Shown here: one piece after another, positions 53,898-64,000 of the stretch
Layout: every line of letters begins with the position of its first letter
Numbering within the stretch: the first letter of the stretch is position 1
Source of the DNA: Candidatus Bathyarchaeota archaeon
GTDB taxonomy: Archaea > Thermoproteota > Bathyarchaeia > Bathyarchaeales > Bathycorpusculaceae
Assembly (NCBI GenBank): GCA_963772455.1
Contig: CAVYXJ010000001.1
Span: 1 to 64,000 of the forward strand
Length of the DNA: 64,000 nucleotides
Reading direction: 5' to 3'
Program-made: the position numbers and the translations under genes
Notes under the pieces: generated by a model
Told to the model about the DNA's origin: nothing
Database searches by the model: none
What the model saw: only the letters and a program-made list of their open reading frames with translations

Positions 53898-55046
53898 TTG
53901 AATATTTGCATGATTACTCGAGAATTCCCTCCTGAATCGGGCGGAATAGGTTATTATGTTTATAATCTATCAAAAAAACTGATTGAAAGGGGGCATAAAG
54001 TTACCGTAATTACAAGAGGAACATCGAAAAAGACTTTTAAGGAAGTTGTGGAAGGTATTGACGTTTTTAAAGTTACTTTTTTTCCATTGTATCCAATGCA
54101 TTTATCGATACATGGGCTGTTCATGAATAGCTTGTTTAAGAGTCTTGAGCCTTTTTTTGACTTGGTTCACGTGCATTCCCCGCTTCCACCGCTGATCAAA
54201 ACCCATTTACCAATAATGACTACCGTACACACGTCTATGAGAACTGACTCTAAATATCATGAGGTTTTTGATTTTTATTCTCTGCTAGAAAAATTGCAAT
54301 CTATGTATATATATCCTCCAATTGAATCCAAATTGTTTAGTATTTCAAATAGCATAACAACAGTTTCTTATTCTGTAGTTGATGAACTGAAAGACTATGG
54401 TTTAGATCCTGAAAAAATCACCGTTCTGGGGAACGGTGTTAACGAAAAAATATTCGCTCCAATTAGTAAAGCTAAGGATGGACAAAAATATGTCTTATAT
54501 ACAGGGATTCTGCGTGCACGTAAAGGTTTATTTGATTTAGTAGAATGCGCTAAACTTGTTTCTGAAGTAAATTCAGATGTGCGTTTTATTGTATGTGGCA
54601 AAGGACCATTCTTGCGAAAGTTAGAGAAAGAAGTGCGTGAGCAAAAAATGCAGAGACAAATAACACTTTTGGGATTTGTCAAGAGAGAGGAACTTATTAG
54701 ACTATACCAAAATGCAACTTTGCATGTGGTTCCATCCCATTATGAAGGGTTGCCAACTGTACTTTTGGAAGCTATGTCTTGTGGTTTACCAGTTGTAGCC
54801 ACAAATGTGTGTGGCAATAAGGAAGTAATATCAAATGGCGCTAATGGATTTCTAGTACCACCAAAATCTCCTAAAGCAATGGCCAAGGTTATACTTTGGC
54901 TGTTGGAAAACGATCACATAAGAGAAAGAGTTGGAAAAGCAGCAAGAAAAACTGTTGAAGAGCGATATACATGGGATAGAATTACTGACAATGTTTTATT
55001 TTCCTATTCTAAGACCATGAGGAAATCAACTGCTCCAAAAATCTGA
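53898..55046 (+). CDS. GT4 glycosyltransferase
   Basis: EFPPESGGIG, GNGVN, RKG and PSHYEGLPTVLLEAMSCG. Confidence 0.94.
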   Translation: MNICMITREFPPESGGIGYYVYNLSKKLIERGHKVTVITRGTSKKTFKEVVEGIDVFKVTFFPLYPMHLSIHGLFMNSLFKSLEPFFDLVHVHSPLPPLIKTHLPIMTTVHTSMRTDSKYHEVFDFYSLLEKLQSMYIYPPIESKLFSISNSITTVSYSVVDELKDYGLDPEKITVLGNGVNEKIFAPISKAKDGQKYVLYTGILRARKGLFDLVECAKLVSEVNSDVRFIVCGKGPFLRKLEKEVREQKMQRQITLLGFVKREELIRLYQNATLHVVPSHYEGLPTVLLEAMSCGLPVVATNVCGNKEVISNGANGFLVPPKSPKAMAKVILWLLENDHIRERVGKAARKTVEERYTWDRITDNVLFSYSKTMRKSTAPKI

Positions 55047-55454
55047 ATTATTTAGTGTCAATTAAATAGTTGAGACTATATTATTTATCAGATTTTTTTT
55101 AAATACTTCAAACTTTATGTTAATTGAAAACTTTCAATATTTTATAGTTTACTGATAAATTACCTTTATATTTGAATACTTTGATTGAAATCTTGTAAGT
55201 TTCTATAATTGTTGCAATAATTGAAATTAAGAACGATTAATCTTTTATCATAACTTATTAAGCTATGATGTTTTAATTTGTATGAACGGACCGGGAAATA
55301 GTAGCTTGGGATTGTCCGATTGAATTTTAAGACTAAAACAAATGGGTTTTTTATACACAAGGAAGTTTGGATTTCTTTGGTAGTCAAATTTGGATATACT
55401 TGTATTTCTGTAGTTCAAGATAATTGTTATTGTTGATTATAAAAACGTTAATTA

Positions 55455-56399
55455 GTGTATATTACGACATCATACTTTTGTGGTTCGAGAATGCGGGAAA
55501 AAAGAAAAATATTTTTATTTTTCTTAACTATGATTTTGAGTTTTCAGTTTATAGGAAGTGCATTGACAGAGCAGATAACGTCCCAAACAGTATTATCTCA
55601 GGGTAGAATTATTTATCCTCCATCCCCGCCTACAGCAACAACAAGTGGGGAGTTGTATCTTTGGGTTCAACATTGGATGTCTGCTGGTGATAGTGAAGCT
55701 CAACGTATTGCATGGGCTGGCGACCAAGGAATAACAGTTTGGATTGATAGCGGAAATTGGGGGAGTCCACAATTAACATCAGCATTTATCAACTATTTTC
55801 ATGCACATGGTGTAAAAGTTGTTTGTCGATTGTGGAGTAATGGCGGTCTTAATTCGTTAAATGATTTGCTTCACCAAATGACTCCCCGAGATCCTATTCG
55901 GGGATCTGTTGATTACCAGTTGAGTATCGGCCCTGAAATCGATGCTTTTATGATTGACGAATGTGACCAATATAACCCAAGTTATTATAAAACAATCGCT
56001 GATTATGTTCATAGTAAAGGTAAATTAATGTTTGTTAATCCAGGAGGACCAAACATTCAAACTTCATACCAATGGGCAGACAAAGTTAGCGTGGAATTTC
56101 TATGGTGGGGCTTGATAAATGATTCGACAAAAGCAGCAATATTAGCAGCGAACCCACAGAAATTCATCGGGGTTAGCAAAGACTATGGTTATCATATGGA
56201 TTCTATTTATGATCCTTATATAGCTCCCAAATCTGCAAGCGGCGATAGACCTTCAGCGTTACCTGTTATTAATTTAAACCGTGGAATTTGGGATACACAA
56301 ACGGCTTGGGAAGGCGGTATATTTTGTATGGCTGCTGTTCCTGATGACAATAGTTATCTTCCAACTTGGTGGGAACAGTATGTCGCTGCTTTAACTTGA
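55455..56399 (+). CDS. Secreted Sph3/GH135-like protein, close paralog of the C-terminal domain of 47782-49846
   Basis: Signal peptide after MREKRK; shares INYFHAHGVKVV.RLWS.GG, RGSVDYQLSIGPEIDAFMIDECDQ and YLPTW.EQYVAAL; FVNPGG. Confidence 0.7.
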   Translation: MYITTSYFCGSRMREKRKIFLFFLTMILSFQFIGSALTEQITSQTVLSQGRIIYPPSPPTATTSGELYLWVQHWMSAGDSEAQRIAWAGDQGITVWIDSGNWGSPQLTSAFINYFHAHGVKVVCRLWSNGGLNSLNDLLHQMTPRDPIRGSVDYQLSIGPEIDAFMIDECDQYNPSYYKTIADYVHSKGKLMFVNPGGPNIQTSYQWADKVSVEFLWWGLINDSTKAAILAANPQKFIGVSKDYGYHMDSIYDPYIAPKSASGDRPSALPVINLNRGIWDTQTAWEGGIFCMAAVPDDNSYLPTWWEQYVAALT

Positions 56400-56643
56400 T
56401 TGAAAGATTCTACACTAAATTGGAATATACTTTTTTTGAATTATTAGACTTGAAAGTTTATTGTATTTTTTTACTTTGAGATAAAAGTAGTTGATAAACT
56501 CAACTAGCTGTTTGGGATTAAAATGGGTTAAGTATTTATGAATTTTGCTTGTTTACGCTGACTTTACGCAATGAAAAATCACAATTTAATAACTAATATA
56601 GGTAAAATATTCGCATAAAATAACGCTGTTATAGGGCACTCAA

Positions 56644-58234
56644 ATGGACAAAAAAAAGATTTTGATTGTTCCTCTTTCGATAGGGCTAATATTACTGCTT
56701 TATTCTTGGTTTGCCTAGTTATCCTCTTTCAGTTGGATCTGCTAACGATTTTGTTTTTAATCACGTGTCAATTCTATATTGGTTTAGTCTTGTATTGTTA
56801 TTTCCGACATTGTACTTGATTGCAGCTACTTTTAAGAACAACCTCTTAAAGTGGATAATGGTTGTAGGCATTGTTCTACTGCTCTATTCAATATTTTTCT
56901 TTTATAACCGATTAGCAACATCCGATTCACTCTTTTTCAGAGGACTTAATGAATATTTTTAGAAACCGGCAATTTGGATTCTTCGATACCTGGTAAGGGG
57001 TATTTTCAATGGCCTGCTGTTTTTCTCTTTACAAAAATTGGCACATCTGTAAGCGGATTGGACCTGGCAAGTTTTGAGTTCCTAATGTATGCAATTATCG
57101 GAGTTATGCTAACTACAGCTTTATTCATTTTTGCCACCAAAAAATACCAGAGAGGCGGCTTTCTGGCAGTAGTTGTCTTTTTTATCGCAATGTACTATTA
57201 CTTAAACTATCAGTTTTCACCATTTACAATAGCTTTTCTTTTCCTGCTCCTTGCTTTATCATTTGAAGGTGAAAAATGGACCTTAGGTAGGATGCCAATA
57301 ATACTTATCCTATTTGTGGGTATGACATTGAGCCATTCATACGTTGCAGTATTTTATGTCATTTTTTTAGCAATTAAAACTATAATCAGAAGAAATACCC
57401 AGAATAGGAACCTCTTTTTCCTTTTTTTAACGATTTATCTTTTGTATCAACTTACATTAACTAATAATGCTCTGAACACCTATGTTCAACAAATCACGAA
57501 ACTGGACACCAACGTCTCGGGAATGGCGGGACTTTCAATAACGCCTGTACTTGTTCCCATTGACGCAATAGCCCAAAGGATACTTTCAGCAATATTAGTA
57601 ATAACTGTTGCGATTTCAGCCATTGGTTTTCTCATTTTATTAATTAAACGAAAAACCCGAGACTTTGATAAAGCTATTTTCCTTACTGGGTTAGGTTACT
57701 TCGTATTTGGTCTTGTATTTTGGGTTCTTGGTCCACGTGCAATTCCTCTTGCTTTTATCCCAGTGTCTTTAGGGGTATCCTATTTGTTCGAAACTAAATT
57801 TAAAAAGTTTTTGACAGGTCTTTTCTTGATTTTGTTAATTCTCTTAGTTTTTATGCCTCTTCATGGTTCTTTCCTAAAGGGTATTGATTTTTCGCAAACA
57901 GATAATGCGTATAATGCTGAAAACTTTATGTTGGAGAAGTACAGCTGGGCAACGGGCGGATCTGTTCTTATGCATGGCCCTGTTAGTGATTATGTTTTCT
58001 CAAGGACTAGGGTCGGATGAGCTCAGTGGTACTTTTATTCAAAGAGACGATACAACAAATTTTGAGTCTCTCAACGATTATTCAGGTATACTTTACACCG
58101 CAGGTCTAGGACAAAAACTTAACACTGCACTATCTATTGAAAATTTTACCGTAGACAAAACTGTCAATAGTGGGAATTATAATGTTGTATATAATAATGG
58201 GTTATCTTTTATCTTATTAAAAGGGTTTAATTAA
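56644..58234 (+). CDS. Polytopic membrane protein (GT-C/polymerase-like), split by about 3 frameshifts
   Basis: ATG 56644 MDKKKILIVPLSIGLILLLYSW, then fragments 56711-, 56974- and 57884-; YFQWP..F motif; many TMs; C-terminal NVVYNNG. Confidence 0.65.
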
Positions 58235-58489
58235 CGATAATTTTCTTTACAGATTGCATATTATCATAACATTCTCGCAAGAAACAATCGAAAATTTTTA
58301 GTCATCACCAAATACCAATTTCTAAACAATACTATTTTTGATACACTACTGTTTCATAATAACACAAATTTTTCACTTAAGGACCTTTATCCATTCCAAT
58401 AGATATTTATTAAAAAAATTTTAAGAAGTATCTATTCAAAAAGATAATATTTTATATATTGTAGTCAAAGAAATCTCAGAGATGAACTT

Positions 58490-59899
58490 ATGATTATTGT
58501 TTTTTTCCTTTTTCTCTATGTCTTGTCCTTCGTTATTCTGTATGTCATTAGAAGATACTTGACAGGTAACAAATTGTTTAGCGGTGATACTTTTTTCCAT
58601 TTATCAATAAGTAGAAGTATAAGGGAAAATAAATGGAAGTATCCATTATCACTAAAGAATGTCATCTTTTTTGAGAGTGATAAAAGATACAACTATTTGA
58701 CATACCCCCCTTTACTTCACTATATAACTGCCCTTTTTCCATTGAGATTTCATTTGACAATAGCTAAGAATCTAAATTTAGTGATACTCTCTCTTTTGGG
58801 TAGTCTAACTGCAATAATTACGTATAATTTAACTTTAAATTTAATCTATGCCCTATTTTCGTGTCTAATTGTTATTGTTAACCTTTCAGCTTTTGATCTA
58901 ATCACTCAGTTTTCACCAAGGCCGCTGGGAATCTTTTTTTACACCATTATCATATGCATAACGATTTTTTGTCCATTGAACTGGTTTTCTTTTCTATCGA
59001 TTTCGCTCTTTGTAGCGCTAGCGAGTTTGGCTCATAAATTTTCTTTACAAGCATTAATCTTAGGTTTAGTCCCATATATGATCATATTTAACAAACCTAT
59101 TCTAGGTTTTTCCTTTTTGATAGGTCTTGTAATATCAATACTAATAAGCAAAGGTTTTTATCTTAAAATTATAAAGGAACACTTTTTTTGGCTCCGGTTT
59201 TATAACTTCAAAAGAAAAATCCTCTTTACACATGATCTGAGCTACATATTAGTTAGAAATCCATGGTATATAGTCATTTTTGCAATAATATTTTCAGTTA
59301 TTGGAAATAATTTGCTATTTTTGAATGTAGACATAAATGCAAAAATATTTTTTTGGGCTATTGTGAACTTATTGATCGCGATTGTTGTGTTGATTCCATC
59401 GTTATCCCTAATTGGTGAATATTATAGATATATTGAGTATAGCTTAGTGCCTGTTGGAACTGCAATTGGACTATTTTTGTCTAGTTTAAATTTTTTGGTT
59501 ATCGCAGCGCTTTTTGTTGCTCTCTTTATAAGTTCTTTATCTTTGTTACGGCTAAAGAAAAGTATTGACAATTCCAAAATGATAGTTAATCCCAGTGATA
59601 TTCTATTATATCAATCGTTGAAGGAATGTTGTACTAGTAATTTGATTGTAATCCCAAGCATTAGAACTTTGGAAGTCAATTATTTTACCCAATTAAACGT
59701 GGTTCATCTAGTCAGAGGACATGGTATTTTGGGATATTTGGCGCAAATTATCGAAACCTACAAAATTGGGTATATTCTAAAATTCAAAGGGGCTGATTCC
59801 TATGCCTTATTTGAAGGGATAAGAAATTCACATACCTTAGAAAAAATTAAAGATTTCGAAAATTTTGAACTTTATGCTATACGACAAAATCTAAACTGA
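58490..59899 (+). CDS. Polytopic membrane protein, GT-C-like
   Basis: DTFFHL and YPPLLH in the first external loop; PRPLG; HKFSLQ; GEYYRYIEY; about 11 TMs. Confidence 0.65.
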   Translation: MIIVFFLFLYVLSFVILYVIRRYLTGNKLFSGDTFFHLSISRSIRENKWKYPLSLKNVIFFESDKRYNYLTYPPLLHYITALFPLRFHLTIAKNLNLVILSLLGSLTAIITYNLTLNLIYALFSCLIVIVNLSAFDLITQFSPRPLGIFFYTIIICITIFCPLNWFSFLSISLFVALASLAHKFSLQALILGLVPYMIIFNKPILGFSFLIGLVISILISKGFYLKIIKEHFFWLRFYNFKRKILFTHDLSYILVRNPWYIVIFAIIFSVIGNNLLFLNVDINAKIFFWAIVNLLIAIVVLIPSLSLIGEYYRYIEYSLVPVGTAIGLFLSSLNFLVIAALFVALFISSLSLLRLKKSIDNSKMIVNPSDILLYQSLKECCTSNLIVIPSIRTLEVNYFTQLNVVHLVRGHGILGYLAQIIETYKIGYILKFKGADSYALFEGIRNSHTLEKIKDFENFELYAIRQNLN

Positions 59900-60088
59900 A
59901 GACAGTATTCTCTCGAGTGGCGTTAATTAAATGGATCATTATATGTTGCTAACCTTGAAAGCATTTTTGGAAAGTCTATATCACAATTGGATAGCTTAGG
60001 CTCAAGATTTGTTTAGTTAATTCGCTTACGCAATGAAATCTTGTAAATCTCCAATTTAAGTTGAGGAATAAATTCAGGGAAAACTGAT

Positions 60089-61330
60089 TTGTCAATGTCA
60101 AAAAAAAATTCAGCCGAATTCAACGGTTCAGGAAGCAAGCTACTTTGGGTTGAACCAAGCCATTTTCAGTTTGGTCGTTCTCTACATTCAATGGCTGACA
60201 TTGAAGTATCAAAGAATCTTTCGAAAAAGCAATTCAATACATTTCTAGTAATTCCCAGGTCAAAGAAATCTGTCATAATTAAAATTGGAAACTCAGAAAT
60301 TCGCACAATAAGCATACCTGTGAAGCATATTCCATTTCTCTCTTCATTAATTTATGCTGTTGATCTATTATTTTATCTTCCAATTTGTCTGATATCAAAA
60401 AAACCAGATTACATAATGACAGTGCCCGATGTGTCAATTGTCAGTTTCATACCTCTGGTTTTTCTCTCAAAATTTAGGCACATAAAGATTATTTTGGATA
60501 TTAGAAGTGTACCCGTGGAGACATTTGGTTTTCTCGGTTTTCTACAGAATTTTTGGTTTACAGTGTCATTGCTGATTGCCAAAAAACTATTCAACGGTAT
60601 TACAGTTATCACGCCTCTGATGAAATCAGATATATGTAATCTTTATAGTATTAATCCAGAGGGCGTAGGAGTTTGGACCTCGGGCGTTTCAGAACAACTT
60701 TTCATGACTAATAGTAACAGTAACGAAATTAATGACCTGAGAGCAGAACATAGAATAACCAAGAAGTTTGTTATCTTTTATCATGGAGTTTTCACTGCAA
60801 GTCGTGGTTTGAAAGAGACTATTGAATCTTTAAAAATATTGAAAATTGCAGGTTATGATGTGGTCCTTTTCTTGCTAGGTGCAGGACCGGCGCTTTCTTC
60901 ATTGACCGAAGTTATTAGGGAAAATCAACTTGAGGATAATGTTATTGTTCATTCTCAAGTAGAATATGAAAAAGTTCCTAAATTTATTCAAATGGCAGAT
61001 GTCTGTATTGTTCCGTTGCCAGACAATCCATTTTGGAGGTCTCAGTCGCCATTGAAACTTCTAGAATATTTAGCTATGGAAAAAACGGTTATTTTGACAG
61101 ATATTCCAGCTCATAAGTTTGTAGTTGGAGATAGTGAGTGTGGTGTTTATATTTCTTCAGTAACTCCAAGAGAAATAGCTAGATCACTAATTTATGTTTT
61201 GGATAATAGAGATAAGCTATCTGAATGGGGAAAATCTGGCAGAAAGATAATTTATGATAGATATACCTGGAAAAAAGTTGCTGAAGACTTATCAAATTAT
61301 CTCTTATCGATCAAAAGAAGACATAAGTGA
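60089..61330 (+). CDS. GT4 glycosyltransferase
   Basis: YHG....RGL, ADVCIVP, PLKLLEYLAMEK.VI.TD and YTWKK. Confidence 0.92.
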   Translation: MSMSKKNSAEFNGSGSKLLWVEPSHFQFGRSLHSMADIEVSKNLSKKQFNTFLVIPRSKKSVIIKIGNSEIRTISIPVKHIPFLSSLIYAVDLLFYLPICLISKKPDYIMTVPDVSIVSFIPLVFLSKFRHIKIILDIRSVPVETFGFLGFLQNFWFTVSLLIAKKLFNGITVITPLMKSDICNLYSINPEGVGVWTSGVSEQLFMTNSNSNEINDLRAEHRITKKFVIFYHGVFTASRGLKETIESLKILKIAGYDVVLFLLGAGPALSSLTEVIRENQLEDNVIVHSQVEYEKVPKFIQMADVCIVPLPDNPFWRSQSPLKLLEYLAMEKTVILTDIPAHKFVVGDSECGVYISSVTPREIARSLIYVLDNRDKLSEWGKSGRKIIYDRYTWKKVAEDLSNYLLSIKRRHK

Positions 61331-61360
61331 ACCAGTTGAGATTTTGGGTGTATTATAGAA

Positions 61361-62548
61361 ATGGGACTTATTTCTCCTATTAAAAAATCTATAGACGATT
61401 TCAATATACTCTTTGTGTATCCAGATAAAAGGGCAGTTTATCTCGTTCAGGAACTTAAAAGAATTTACCCCCAAATAGAGACTTTCCATATCGAAATTAA
61501 TCCAAAAGAACCTTTTTTCCTAAAAAATTTGGCCTTGTGCTTCTTTGACATTATTTTTACAATGCATAAAAAAGATTTATCTTCAAAATTGACCCGTTCG
61601 ATGCTATATTTAAATACAGTTCGCCGTCCAGCTTTCATAAAAAAAATTTCACACACCGTGTCCACCCACATTAATTTTATGAATCCAAAACCTGATTTAA
61701 TTTTACAGTGGCAAGCTATTTTTTCACCTTACGTTGGCAAACCTAAAGTTCCTTTTGCATTAATTATTGACAACTATGCTGATCCTCCAGATTCTCCAAT
61801 TCAAAAAGACGAATTAAGAGGTTGGTCAACCATTTACAAAGAAAGCTTTTATCAACTTCAAAGGGAGCTTTATACTAACGCATTAATTATTTTTACTTTG
61901 TCGAAATGGTGTAAGGAAGGGCTTTGTAGAGAGTATGGCATAAATCCTCAAAAAGTTTTTGCAATAGGATGGGGAGCAGCTAAGAACGTGGAAGTTAACA
62001 GATTATTATTAAAGAAGGAAACAACCATTCTTGCAATAGGTATAGATTATACCGCAAAAGGATTAGATATTTTGCTTGAAGCAGCACAATATTTGAAAGA
62101 GTTTAGAATTACAATTATCGGAAAAGATCCAAGATTTAAGCAATCAACCGTCCCGAAAAACGTGCATATTATTAATCATGTTTCAGATGAAGAGTTAATC
62201 AGGCTATATTCTGAATCTGAACTGTTTTATATTTTCTCAGAGTTTGAACCATCAGCCCATGTGCTATGGGAAGCACAAGCATATGGCTGTATCATTGTAG
62301 GTTATGATGCATTTGGTATTTCAGAGGCTGTTGTCGACAACGTAACAGGGATTTTGTTGAAAACAAGAGATCCATTTTTAGTCGCAAAAGAAATTAGAAA
62401 ATTATACAGTAATAAAGATGTATTTAAGCAAATGCAAAATGCAGCGATAAGAAATTATCAATCAAATGGAACATGGGCTACAGTTTGTGATAAACTTGTG
62501 CAAAATCTGAAAGGAATCGAAAGATTACTTATAAATAATGAGAAATAG
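61361..62548 (+). CDS. GT4-like glycosyltransferase
   Basis: IG.D..AKGLD.LLEA and SEFEPSAHVLWEAQAYG. Confidence 0.85.
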   Translation: MGLISPIKKSIDDFNILFVYPDKRAVYLVQELKRIYPQIETFHIEINPKEPFFLKNLALCFFDIIFTMHKKDLSSKLTRSMLYLNTVRRPAFIKKISHTVSTHINFMNPKPDLILQWQAIFSPYVGKPKVPFALIIDNYADPPDSPIQKDELRGWSTIYKESFYQLQRELYTNALIIFTLSKWCKEGLCREYGINPQKVFAIGWGAAKNVEVNRLLLKKETTILAIGIDYTAKGLDILLEAAQYLKEFRITIIGKDPRFKQSTVPKNVHIINHVSDEELIRLYSESELFYIFSEFEPSAHVLWEAQAYGCIIVGYDAFGISEAVVDNVTGILLKTRDPFLVAKEIRKLYSNKDVFKQMQNAAIRNYQSNGTWATVCDKLVQNLKGIERLLINNEK

Positions 62549-62565
62549 TTGGATCTATTTGGAAG

Positions 62566-63441
62566 TTGAGACTTATGGCGCCATTAGTTAGTGTGGTAAT
62601 GTGCATCAGGAACGTTGAAAATTCTATCGGTGCCTGCATTAAATCGATCCTTGAGCAAACGTTCGAAAATTTCGAAATAGTCATAATGGATGACTTGAGC
62701 ACTGATAATACTAAGAAAATAATTGAAAAGTTTAACGATAGACGAATAAAATATTATCACAATCCTGAATGGCTCGGAATTTCAAAAAGTAGAAACAAAG
62801 GCGTAAAACATGCCACCGGTGACTTTATTTTTTTTACCGATGGGGATTGCGTAGTTTCAAGAAACTGGGTTGCTGAGGGAATTAAATTTTTTAAGATACC
62901 CGATTGTCTAGGGATTGAAGGAAAAATTTATTACGTATCCAAAGATTTTGAGCCAACCTTTTCTGATTGCATTTTGGAAAATCGAAATGGAGGTAATTTT
63001 ATGACTGGTAGTATGGCTTATAGGAAAGTAATTATCGAAAAGGTTGGAGGATTTGACGAAAAATTAAATTACCTTGAGGATAGAGATATCGCTCTTAGAG
63101 TTATGAAACATGGTAAAATAATTTTCAATCCAAGCATGATGGTCTATCATCCTAGAGTAGTAATGACGCCAAAAAGGTATTTGAAAATAGCAGCGCGTGC
63201 AAGAAATCGCGTCTACCTATTTAAAAAGAATGGCGAAAGGAAGTATCTTTTAGGTCGTATTCTCTTCCCGATTGATTTCTTAAAAATTCTTTTTCCACCT
63301 TTAATCTTTTCAAGTCTGTTCGTTAAAAGGTTCAAAACGAGTGATGATTATAAATTAGTACCTTATAATTATTTATATGCTATTTTAGAGCGTCTAAATA
63401 TCTGGGAAGAATGTGCCAAATCAAAAATTTTCTTGATTTAG
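62566..63441 (+). CDS. GT2 glycosyltransferase
   Basis: VSVVM..RN.E, SILEQT, DDLSTDNT, FTDGDC, GGFDE and EDRD. Confidence 0.93.
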   Translation: MRLMAPLVSVVMCIRNVENSIGACIKSILEQTFENFEIVIMDDLSTDNTKKIIEKFNDRRIKYYHNPEWLGISKSRNKGVKHATGDFIFFTDGDCVVSRNWVAEGIKFFKIPDCLGIEGKIYYVSKDFEPTFSDCILENRNGGNFMTGSMAYRKVIIEKVGGFDEKLNYLEDRDIALRVMKHGKIIFNPSMMVYHPRVVMTPKRYLKIAARARNRVYLFKKNGERKYLLGRILFPIDFLKILFPPLIFSSLFVKRFKTSDDYKLVPYNYLYAILERLNIWEECAKSKIFLI

Positions 63442-63679
63442 CTATTAATGAAAATGAAGCTTTACTGAAGTATTAGTAAAGATTCCTCGTGTTTATATCG
63501 ATAAACAAAACCAGTTGTTCTTTCAAATAAAAAAAATAAATAGCGATTTGACTGTGGACAAACCTAATCAAGGTTTGAATTAAGATTTTAAATGGGAAAA
63601 AGGTTAAGATATTTGAATCTTACTATTCGTTTGTCAATATTCCTGTATTTGGTTATCCCATGAACTATCGAAGGGTCGA

Positions 63680-64000
63680 ATGAAGGAAGGAGAAAATGAA
63701 AAAATGCAAAGGATGATTACGAAAGTTGGTTATCTTATACAACCGTCTAGATTTGTTCCAAGGACTTTGAAGAGTCTTTTTGAGAAAATGGTCTTTACTT
63801 TTGTGGCTTTAGAAATAAGAAAACATATTTTACTTAAAGGAAAGTCGGATGGATACCCAGTTTTTTGTATAGTTCATTGGAATGCTCCTGACTTTCTATT
63901 GTTAAATGTCGATCAGATTGAATTCTTGTATCCAAACAGCAAAATTTATGTTTTAGATAACGGCTCAAAACAAGGCAACATTGACGTTATCGAAGAAGCC
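63680..64000 (+). CDS. GT2-like protein, truncated by the window end
   Basis: Open frame to the end of the window: ...FCIVHWNAPDFL...KIYVLDNGS. Confidence 0.7.
   Translation, partial: MKEGENEKMQRMITKVGYLIQPSRFVPRTLKSLFEKMVFTFVALEIRKHILLKGKSDGYPVFCIVHWNAPDFLLLNVDQIEFLYPNSKIYVLDNGSKQGNIDVIEEA

Overview
Archaeal chromosomal segment, AT-rich. Gene content (archaeosine TGT, archaeal IleRS, TFB-like protein, class III pilins, TackOD1-like and DUF3227-like signalling domains, many Pro/Thr/Ser-stalked membrane-anchored proteins) suggests Bathyarchaeia/TACK; this is inference, not a database result. 0-9 kb: housekeeping genes (tgtA, PHP, beta-CASP nuclease, presenilin-like protease, DUF362, ileS). 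9.8-13.9 kb: tRNA-Ala(CGC) followed by four decaying copies of a tRNA 3' end that separate small gene cassettes, with no integrase nearby. 14-33 kb: regulators, an Ig-like surface protein, a divergent TFB paralog head-to-head with a Tad/type IV pilus locus, a TackOD1-like Zn protein and a PAS histidine kinase/receiver pair bracketed by DUF3227-like paralogs. 35-64 kb: surface/exopolysaccharide region (possible TasA-like fibre subunit, GT2/GT4 enzymes, NodB deacetylase on a perfect (SP)n stalk, two Sph3/GH135-like hydrolases, polytopic membrane proteins), interrupted by a glycerol-3-phosphate-dehydrogenase-like operon and IS remnants. Many genes carry single-base frameshifts, most likely long-read consensus errors. 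All family calls come from reading motifs by eye; no searches were run.
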